64,000 nucleotides of DNA from Phoronis australis. Its lineage: Eukaryota; Animalia; Phoronida. This document shows, one piece after another, positions 53,832 to 64,000 of this stretch; positions within the stretch are counted from its first letter, which is position 1; each line of letters starts with the position of its first letter. Position numbers and translations under genes: made by a program. The stretch lies in NCBI GenBank assembly GCA_002633005.1, contig NMRA01000461.1:124001-188000 (forward strand), written 5' to 3'. The notes under the pieces are model-generated. The model ran no database searches, had not been told where the DNA came from, and was given only the letters and a program-made list of their open reading frames with translations.

Positions 53832-55756
53832 CTATAAATGACAACGCTCAAACATTTGCAGTGCTCAAAACACAAGCACAGCTAGGGGTGCTTCAAGGGA
53901 GCGTTCCCTAGAGCAAGAAAAGTGAGACCATGCAAGACCACGCAAGATCTCTCGAGAAATTCAAGTACTTCACAAGCCTACTCGATGTGTCACTAGCGCA
54001 GATTATCACGGTCCAATACTGCAAATGATTGTTAGGCGAGTTGTTGGCGTATTAAACTTTTCTCGCTCGACACAGTGCAACTTATTAAGTGCGAAATTTA
54101 AGACATCACAGAACATCACGATAATCTACTGCAACATTTTTGAAGGCCTCGAGAGTCTAAAGTAAGCGATAGACGTTTAATTACTCACACCAGCAAAATG
54201 GCCGCATCTGTCAATGATTTGGCAATTACAGCCCAATGTATAATTATGGTAGAACATGTGCACGTGAACCGCTGCACTACGTAGATAAAGTCAGGTTTTT
54301 GTCACACAAAGGGATTTATCTATCGCTTGATCAGCAAGATTCTGAAATTGTCGGCTATCGGGGAAATGGTTGATAATGGAAGTGACGAATAATTTTTTTT
54401 CACAGCAACGCAATAAGAGTTTACGATGTATTTGGTGAATTGGAGTACATAAGGCGCGCAATACGCTCAGTCTCATGCAGCGATCGAGGACAGACCTACT
54501 GGGACGTCTTGGTGCAACTGCGGGAAGTGTATTTTCATGGAAACCTTCGTAGGGCATATGTCTCGTTGAGAGAACGATAAAACCAAAACATTTGAGACAG
54601 ATGCAGCTGCTCACAGACTCTAAGCCGGCGATACCAGTACATGGCGAAGCTGCGCTGAGGGTTGCCGTAAGGCGCTGCCGCTCTCTCGCACAGAAGACAC
54701 AGGTCACTGCATTAACTACAGCTCTAGACAGTGACCCCTGCCTCCACTGGTATCGCTAATAGAGACAGATTAGGTCTTTCCTGAATAGGCGCTTCATCAG
54801 CCGGAAAATTTTCACGAATTGTGCCTCGCAATTACTAAATTATCAAGGTCATGTTGTTATAAAAATCCTTTGTGCATAGAGGGACTCCTTAAGAGGCCGT
54901 CACTGTATTAAAACTCGAACAAATACTCCCGTTACCAAACTTTTTCTTCAGTCAGTCCGTCGTTCAGTTTCCAAAATCGGTAACTCGCCATTTCCACTCT
55001 AACGTCATACCACCTGCTGCGCCCAGGTGAAGACCCCTCCATGATTATTTACAACTCTTGGATTTTTCTGTTTGAAATTCTCTAGGATAACCTAGAGATC
55101 GTATTTTAGCAAGAATACGACTACCTTCTCTCCCTTCGAAGGAGGGCTGAACGCAAAAACTCTGTCTGTAAGACGGATTGTAACTACTGTGGGATCTAAA
55201 AAGATTCAAGTGATTTAGTTAAACAGTGACTTCATATATGAACGAGGCAGGTGACTAGCTATGCAACTGCAGACGGTAAAATCAGATTTGATTGAAGTCT
55301 CCATATAATGGATTGAAGAAAATAACTATTCGCGGCAAAGTACGTTTCAAGTCCACTACCACATTCACAAGTTGCGGCTAGGAGTAAAAATGATACATTG
55401 AAATTCCACAGAATGCTATGTTATTGCTACCAAGAATCTAGTACGGCTGATAGTCTTGACAAAGTGTGAGTTTGGCAGAGTATTATTCTGGCATTGCATG
55501 TCTATCATAATTTGAAAGCTATTGTATTATGCTCTTTAAAATGAAAACACAAAAATTCAAGAGGCTTATCTCTACCCCCTTTAAAATCAACACATTCGTA
55601 AACCAACAGCCGAACGATTAAATCAGGAAATATACAATATTGAAAACTGTTCAGAAACTTTTGACCCTCACACAAAGCGCGCCCACAAACACAAACACAT
55701 AACCAAAAACGCACACACAAGATACAAAGCTTTTACCCTTTTCTAAAATTACTCAC

Positions 55757-55786
55757 AAAAACGAAGAGAACCAGCAGGCCGATCAT
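55757..55786 (-). CDS. Coding exon 1: start and signal peptide (MIGLLVLFVF)
   Basis: aagATGatc... TTT|gtgagt phase-0 donor. Joins exon 2 to give MIGLLVLFVFLPCTLA-ENAH, a typical hydrophobic signal peptide with a T-L-A cleavage motif. Confidence 0.75.
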
Positions 55787-55816
55787 CTTTGAGATGATCT
55801 CGCGTCTACATGACTC

Positions 55817-55826
55817 TATATAAATA
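55817..55826 (-). promoter_or_regulatory. Candidate TATA-like box (TATTTATATA on minus strand)
   Basis: About 30-40 nt upstream of the inferred ATG, with a CACGTG E-box at 55841. An alternative is an upstream non-coding exon spliced at the tttcag acceptor near 55886. Confidence 0.35.
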
Positions 55827-58800
55827 CAGTGCGCCAAAACCACGTGGTCCTCGTGGTCTGTGACGTGTAACGCCATGGAGAACACCTGAAAATTGGTGGA
55901 CGTAAGATGGAGATGCAGACAAATATACGCAAAGTAGTTATTATATAAAAAACACATTGGTAGGTAAAGTATTCGTATTTTGCGGCAAATAATGAGCATT
56001 AAGTGACCGTCCTATACCTGTGTCAGGAAAATGGAGGAACATCACGAGCTAAAATTTTAAAATCTATATCAAAATAAACGAACCCTGTGACGAACTTGAA
56101 TTTGAATCAGGACTAGCATACCTTAGTCATACACTTCGGTATCAGTTGAACTAGAGGGAAAAATATTTATTATAATAATATGACCATAAGAAATTACATG
56201 TTATGCCTTTAAAAATACAACAATGTACGCTAAAACCCTGTATTTAATACGCTGTTGGAAAATTCGTTAGCGTCTATAATCAAACGCAATCCTGCAAGTA
56301 TCACGAGTGAAACGCAAACAAAAACAGCCGGCATACTTAATGCGTTTTTTCTCTGACATGTTAAGTTTTTCGTTAAAGTTTCAACGCATACACGTACGCC
56401 TAGTCTCGTGCACCAGAAGCTCATCAAAATATCGCTCTTTTTAAATCAAAAATAAAATTATCGAGAAGGGATAACAGAGGAATTGGAGAACATCAGGCCA
56501 GGGGACATCAGGGTGGGGGAATTGCCGCGAGAAATCCGGTTGGGGAACACAGGGCTAGTGGAGTACGACGACTGCGAACAACGAGACGATCCCTGAAGTG
56601 CTGCTCCAAAGGATCTAAGCATTTTCTGAATGGTCGACTAGCTAGAGTGGTGTTATGAACTGGCAAATATAGGCTATCGTGGCAGGCTTCCAACGTCAAT
56701 ACACAACGATATGTGAAGATCCCCGACCAACGTTTAGCAAGAAAACGGGAGCGTGCAGAAAAGTTGAGATAGCTGACCGGTTGCGTACGTTATGTACTTC
56801 GGTTTTATATATTCTCTTGTAATGCATTGTCGAGAGGCATTTTGAACTTTCAACATCTCGCATTTGACAATAACTGTGTTTTTAAAAATTCTTCTTCTTA
56901 AAGTCAGGTAGGACTATAGAAAAAAATCCAAATCTTAACATTTTCATGACGTCATATCTGAGAGAGGGCTAATCAGGCTCGCGGGAAACATTCAGACGAT
57001 AGTCTGCTGTTCTAGTAATCTACAATAGTTGTTAGAAGTTGTAAACATTTGAAGTCTTGACAGCTCGCCTTCTGTTGGCCACATAACGTGACCTAATGAA
57101 AAAAGTCTTTAAGGTTTCTGTCCCCAACTGCACTTGAACTCAGGACCTTGTGCTGTCCGTGACAAAAAATTAAATGTTTGAAAAATATTTTCTACGCCGC
57201 ATTGAGATTGACATGTTCGGGTACACTGTAAAACATTGTTTTCTAATTTCCATTTTGTATGAGGGCCGTCAAAATTTGGCTTTCTTAAATGTAGGCGTGA
57301 AAACAAAAGCAAAGTGGCCACGTGATTGAACTAACCAACAGTAAATTGGTACAAAGTAAAATGCTACAAATTTTGCAGTTTCAAATAGTGCATGCATACC
57401 AAGTTAAATTTTAAAGTTTTGCAGATATTGGGCTGAATAAATAGGCTTAACAAGAGAATCCTAAGTGAACTGAATGCCATAGATTAAGATTTATATATAC
57501 TTTTTTCTGTTGTAAAATTATTAAAAAATATTGAACCAGGGAATTCTTCAATACATGGTTAATGGTTGCGCAGGCTACCCGTATGTCATTATATCATCAT
57601 AATGTGTTGAGCCGACGGCGTGGAGTACTTCTGAGCCAATTAGAACCATTTGCCTTCTTGGCTTTTCCCAAAAGTGCTCACATGAAAAATTTTAGCAAAA
57701 TCCCAATGCGGCAGATGTGTGATGTTTATTGAAACATTATTTCCGGTGAATTATCGCCTGCTCTTTAGCTTCCAGTGCGTTGGTTTCAGCTAGTTTCGCA
57801 TGCACAGCACTACTCTCGTATCCAGGGTAGATTCAAATCTACTACTGTTATCGAATTCGCTTAATCAATTTCTGATTGCCGGATATGAACCTTTCTGAAT
57901 AAAAAGGGTTCGTCTATTTTCATAAACAAGAAAACTGTCAACCAGAATCTTAAAACATAGAATTTACATCATATTCATCTGCACATGTAAGTTTGACACT
58001 AGTCTTGTCATAGGGCATATCCTTTCAGATGTGACCAGCGGAAGAGTAAATTACTTTTGGCTAGGGTGCCAGCGCAGCACAACCTGGGTTCGCAACCGGT
58101 GGGTCTATTACTCTGAGAAATGTACGCTTTTCCGCGGCAAAATTGTGCTTTATTTATTTTCACAAAAAAGACCAATGTTCAGAAATGAGTCGAGTTTAGC
58201 AGTGTCGATGCGCGATTGTCTGGTGAAGGTAACACGTGCAAACGTAGTCCTTGACATTATCAGTATCAATAACACAGAGCCAGGGGAATTGTTGAAGTTC
58301 TATGTTAATTTAAAGTTCCTAATTGATTCTGGAACTTGATATTTTGTACTCATATTGTGTTTTGCGCAAAGATATCCTCAGGGCTTGCGTTGTAGTTTTT
58401 TTATTTTTACAACTCAACTTTATTTGCCGAGATTTGAAATAGCGATCTTTGGCCCGTATTCAGAAATATTTTAAATTAGTCGCAGCACATATCTTCATCC
58501 CAAACATGACGCATTTGTTTCGGTGGTTATTTCTTATTTCCAGTATGTGTTGGTATTCAAGATTGGTCTCAAATCCCTTATTCCCCACTTGTTTTACTAT
58601 TCTGTGATAGTCATTCCTAGCTTTCGACTCACAGCTGTTTCTCGGCTAATTCACCGAAATAACTACGTGCACATTTTTTCTTTGACTCAGTGGTAGTGTC
58701 TTTTCGTGACTGGAAGTTTAGATTCATACTTTGGATGGTTAATGTCAGTGATATCCTCCGCCTGATCGGATTCCAAGTCACTGGCCGAGATACATGTAGC

Positions 58801-59281
58801 AAGCTTTTTGTGTGTTTAGAACTGCAAAAATAATAGCAAGCCTAAAATTTCAACACACATCTATGTTCTCCTGATTTGCATTCATGGACGATCAATTTGA
58901 ATTTATTAGCGAAAAGACCCCAAACTCCCGCGACCGACCTAGGGGTAAATTGGACCACCGAACTTTGTAGGCTACGGCACGCTCAAACACTTAAAACTCC
59001 GTATCAGCAAAAAAAATATCACGTTTGATTAATAACTCGATGTTTTTGTAAAGGTTTTACATCAAATTGTGATAATATTTTTGTTTAAAACGATGAATGC
59101 AACCCATAATAAGACACCAGCAAGAGTGTTGTGAATTGCTGAACAGACTGCATTCAAACCTCTGACTTCATTGATTAATTTCAACACCTCCGACTGCCGC
59201 CAGGTGTCATGTAAAAATGGTGTACTTGTTAATATCGAGCGGAACTACTCTATCAATATTGATACAAACTAGGTTCTTTTT

Positions 59282-59296
59282 GGGTGGCATTCTCCT
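59282..59296 (-). mobile_element. Kolobok terminus (TIR) of the same family; extent of the element unknown
   Basis: GGGTGGCATTCTCCT|TTAA, the exact reverse complement of the 63387 terminus. Confidence 0.6.
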
Positions 59297-62200
59297 TTAA
59301 GAACACGTATTGGCTGTGGCCATGAAACTGGAGGCATAGGATGTCAACTCCCGCGCTTGAGCCATGCATTTTAGTATTCTAGTGTTAAAGCTTGTGTCCC
59401 CGAGACTTCCTGGGACTGGACGCGATAGTTCCCCATATGAATTTAGTCCGCTAGACTGAGTTTTGATTGAGTGTTGTATTATCGAACCAAGCCTAAGTCG
59501 TATTGCTTCGATTTCATTTTGTCCTTGTTCATAATCATCACGCAAACCTCTTGATGGGCGATTCCTGACCACCATCGGGTTTTCGGTCAGGTTGGTCACC
59601 TTACAAACCTGTCATTTACTCTGGACATTCTTTACAGGCACCGACTAGTGGCCGTAGATGAATAGAATGCAAGGGATAGTCTGGCCTTTTCAGCTGCAGC
59701 CGTCAAGTTATAGCAGACAATTTATCAAACTACAACTCAGTTTTTAGTGTTAAAATTATTATGCGCCTGAGTATTTGTTCTGCAATTGTATCTAAACATT
59801 TCACTAACACGCATGTTAAAACAACTTGGAAAAACTAGGCATGTATCTATTTGCATTTCAAAGTGAGTGTGAAATAGATGCATGTATACATTACCACTGT
59901 TTCTAAAATTACTTATTTTTTCAACGTTAACCTGTTGTCCAGACATAACGATAATTCAATTTCTGAACATGTAATGGTATATACAGTCCGACAAAATAAA
60001 ATAATATTGAAAAATTACCAATGTAAAGAATCCAGTCTAATACTTTGTGCTAACGACAGCGTGGGTTTTACGCGTTAACTGTCCCGCTCTTGGTGGATTG
60101 TTCAACTAAAAGAAAATAAATGAACCGTCCATTGGTTTTTGCGGCACCCGCAATTTCCCATGCGAATGTAAAACTTCGTCGTGCGCTTTTGCGAGTTACG
60201 GGACCCTTGTTCCACAAAAAAATGCGGTCAGAACATTTTTCGTGTTGCGGCTAACATGTCTCTCTTGAGTATTTGTCGTGGACTCAGATGTCCTGCTTTT
60301 CGTTTGTTGTATTGATGTTTCAAACTTGAATATTGGCAACTATTCAACAGGTGTCGCAAACGTCGTTTTTTTTTCCTGAGTCCACTTCCTTTTGTAATGT
60401 AACGATCGTGAATTGTACTCCAATGCCTGTTGTTTACGGCAACGCGACCTTCTTGCATCAATACCATTACTATTCAATGTTTGGGCAAAAACGTTCATTT
60501 CCAAATGTCTCCGTAAGATCATATTTACATGTAAGCTGCATCCACTACAGTGTAGTACAACGTTACACTGTACAATGTATACACTTTTCTATCCGTCAGA
60601 ATTAATTACAGGTAGTCTATCGTTTTTTATAGATGTCATTCCGTCCTTAGTTTTAGTTGTATTTAACCAGTCAATGTTTCACTAAATTTCTCAACCGTGA
60701 GGGAGCTATTTTCTAAAATGTTGTTCTTTATATGCAGTCTTTTTGCACCGATTTCGTTTTTGATTAAATAATTCATTTATAAAATTCATACCTCTCCGTT
60801 TTATTTTTATGATACTGTTGCACCCTAAAGCGTAACGGAGAAGACAAGCTAACTAGTTGTCTATTTAGATAATTAACTAGACAATTAACACATGGCTGGT
60901 TTAATTATTATGCGTAATTTGTTAACAGTCTTGGTTTTCAGAATTGACGATATGATTTAACCGGTCATGCATACAAAACAAGAATAATTTATCAAATAAA
61001 TTAGTTTCTCCTGGTATAACCGTACGCCATCAAAATATTATTAAGGGCTTTCCAATGAAATGACCCTTATGCATATCGGTTGTAAAACAACGGAGTTGTG
61101 TATAGTCACAATGGAAGTAAAGAACGGAACACTTTCCCATTGGTCTTAAGTGTTAACATATATTTCTCTTATTGTTGGTTGTAGGTAAATGATTTTGGTA
61201 TTGTATTTATGCTCTTTTGTTGCTTTATCATCCGAATTTATTCGAAAAAAATTCTAGAATTTCACAATTATGGCAATACGCCTAGAAGGATTTATCTTAT
61301 GGTTATCATATAGGCAGTGGTAGAACCCACGACCGGCTTCCACTGAATTGACTGCAGTTGGTCCTATGTTGAGACCACAAAAACAATCCAAGATGTTGGT
61401 GGAATTTCCTTGAAGGAAGTTTATGGTGATAACAGTTATAAGCACACGTATTTTGTACGAAAGACAATTTTATTCTAATCCCTGCAGGATAGCATAAAAC
61501 ACGGCAACAAACGAATGGAAACAACTTCCACGCGTGCGTTGGCGAAACTTCAGCCACGCCTGATCGAAATTGGCATTCCTTTCATAGAGTTCTAAGTGGT
61601 GACTGATTACGAGACTTTGCGTGATACGTTTACTGCCGGAAAATGCCGCTGTTGTCTGATGTCTTCTTGAAATTGCGGGGATGATTCAGAGAGAAAAAGA
61701 AAAAATATCGACTTGGCTTAAACATATCGTAGATCTCTCACGATACGCCTCCTTTCGGAAAAAAAACAATACGTGTGTTTATCGGGAAGTGCTCGCTTGT
61801 GCAATCGTGACACTTCCCTTGTTATGTCAAGATGAAATTGTGAATGTTCAGAAAACAGGTTTTAATACTAATAATCATAAATCAAGTATCGTGCTGGGCG
61901 ATACAGGTGGGTGCGTTACGGCAGGGTCGGACATGCAATAATTACGTACTTTTCGTTAGAACTGGGCAAACATTTTACGTTCAAAAAAGCAAAAACGTTG
62001 TATTTTTACGAGCAATCCGAATACAGTGAATGGATAATGCTGAAACCTGTATGAAAGCCTTACAACAAAACGGTATGTACCGCGTTGTAATATAAATATC
62101 CTCACCTTAGGACAGCAGGTTACAGTGTATGTATTCCATGTATTCGTAAATGGACTTCAAATTTCAAACTAAATCTATTGCCAAGAATTTAGTATACTGT

Positions 62201-63217
62201 ATCTTTGCCAAAAATCTAAAGTAAGGCAATTTCATGCAAGTATCACTGAGAGTAAGATGTGTGGAGTAAGATGCGCAGTGTGCATGGTAAGGCTTCGCTG
62301 ACTCGGATTATCGAGAGAAAATGAGCCTCAGTGAGGCCATCTTTAACGAATATCAGCACCCTATTCGAAATGGACTGTGCGAACTTTCATCGGAGCATAT
62401 GACCAGGGCGGCAGCTGATGAATGCATACCCGTGCACTTGTAACTCATAATGTTGCACAATCAGATGTGCACCATAGTAGTTTTACTTGCGACTGGCATT
62501 GTCAACAACGAGTAGATCATTTTCAAACAGGCAGGTCAGTTCAATTTACTGAAATTTTCTGACAAGAAGTGTCCTGCATGTATTTCTTGTTTGGTTGTCG
62601 TAAACCTCTCCATCCATTCTGGGTGCATACGTTGCGAACTGCCAACTCGTTTTCCACGATTTTGTCAATGTAACTACTATTGCCGAAAGGTTTGTTGCTG
62701 CCGAAGATATTGACTATAAGAGTTTGTGAAACAGATTGCCTTGGTCGAGTTTTGAGGCTCCTGGACATGACCTACCTTAAAGAAAAACAAAATAAATCAG
62801 AGCAATACTTAAAAACATTTTTAGTCCACTCTTTGCATGTTTCTGTTATTTCTTCTATACTCGTATTTTGCCCAATATGTTTCGCGGAATAAATTCGTGA
62901 GGGACAGGATATGCGAGTGTTGTCGCTCAACCTGTTTGTAAAACACGTCCAACGTGTTGACGACATTTATGCTCGAGTTTTGTGAATTTCAGAGCTTGTT
63001 TTATAAATGTATTCTTCCTTACACGAAAGCTGATCTGCCGTGGACTGCAAGGCAAGACAAGTACAACAGGGATACGGGAAACTGGAAATCTTCCAGACGT
63101 TTTCGTGCTTATTTGGTGCTTCCTTGTTGGTAAATATCGGTTATTTAACACTCACTAACAACAGGTCCATAATAGCAGTAGACATATGCATCAACACAGA
63201 CAGGTAGAGGCACAAGT

Positions 63218-63295
63218 GCAGCAGTAACAACATCATTTAACAACATCAACAGCAGCGACAACAACAGCAATGTACGAAACAACCATAACAACAAG
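63218..63295. repeat. Imperfect (CAA/CAG)n trinucleotide repeat
   Basis: Visible gcagcagtaacaacatc...caacaacagc run. Confidence 0.6.
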
Positions 63296-63386
63296 TATTG
63301 CTACATACAGAGTAGGTACTCTTTGCAGTTAGGCTACACTCATAAAGACGATACTGTAGTGAAAGTCATAATAGTGATACATTTAA

Positions 63387-64000
63387 AGGAGAATGCCACC
63401 CGATTTAATGAGTCTCTTTTACCGTCTTAATCGGTCTATATATACATCGCCTCTTATACGGTCGACCTCACCTTGCCGAGAGGTGTCACGTTAACATGTA
63501 AGGAAGGTAAGAAACGACGCAGCGACGTCAGTGGTTCGTGTGCAGAGTGAATGCCGCTATATCGCAGTGCATTGGTTTCTGTTTGTCCGAACAATGAAGC
63601 TGCGAAGGAAGCGGGCATATCGTTTTTCCGACTTTCTCGAGAGCCCGAAATGCTTAGGAAGTGGCTCGTGGTAGTGAAGAATGAAAGGTACACTGTATGC
63701 TGTTAGTTGCAAGTATGAGGCCGTGAAACATCTCCGTGTCTGTGGTCGGCATTTCGTCGACAGTGATTTCTCTGACGAATTCCGGCTTACCAAAGAACTA
63801 TCCATACGTTTCCGTTGCCTGTGCATGTTGACGGCGCCTCTCTAGTATTTGTTGATCAGTGTATTCCGCTTCGAATTGATAGCTGTGAAACCTACCGATC
63901 CGATCCGTGAAGTCTTCTTCGGATGAGCTCTTGACTAACTAAGTCGGGATTGGCGCCGGGCGAGTTGCCATGTAGACGTTTCTTATTCTGCGTTCTGTTC
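63387..64000 (+). mobile_element. Left end of a second Kolobok-type element with THAP pseudogene (ATG 63551)
   Basis: TTAA|AGGAGAATGCCACCC terminus; reading GISFFRLSREPEMLRKWL...HLRVCGRHFVDSDF with a stop and frameshift. Confidence 0.8.

Larger units (their letters stand above)
430..55786 (-). other. Multi-exon gene model (19 coding exons, about 3012 nt CDS, about 1003 aa): secreted SP-unknown domain-EGF-CCPx11-MAM protein
   Basis: Exons joined by hand using GT-AG boundaries. All intron phases are compatible except that the exon 3 donor had to be inferred. Domains were recognised from Cys/Trp patterns. Start, stop and a polyA signal are present; no transmembrane segment was seen. Confidence 0.85.

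Noticed and set aside
59297-62966. Minus-strand ORFs at 59297 and 62541 as further upstream exons or a second gene
   Set aside because: No recognisable domain and no consistent splice phases; the gene already has a start and signal peptide at 55786.

Overview
Eukaryotic (animal, probably invertebrate) genomic DNA: AT-rich, intron-rich and full of transposon relics. The ORF track is mostly noise. About 55 kb (55786 to 430, minus strand) is one apparently complete 19-coding-exon gene that I assembled by hand from GT-AG sites and intron phases. It encodes a secreted protein of about 1000 aa: signal peptide, ~135-aa unassigned (possibly Ig-like) domain, RYRR furin-type site, EGF, eleven CCP/sushi modules each on an exact 177-nt phase 1-1 exon, and a C-terminal MAM domain split over four exons. 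One donor site (exon 3) is uncertain. The CCP array grew by exon-intron duplications, including a recent three-exon block duplication (19.8-31.9 kb versus 32.3-39.6 kb). An inverted repeat pair brackets CCP exons 2-11, in the geometry that favours exon looping or back-splicing. Introns and the upstream region contain Kolobok (THAP plus P2X7-like KolX), CACTA/EnSpm, MULE-like, 5-bp-TSD MITE, Gypsy, HERO-like and CR1-like relics. No rRNA, tRNA or CRISPR array is evident.
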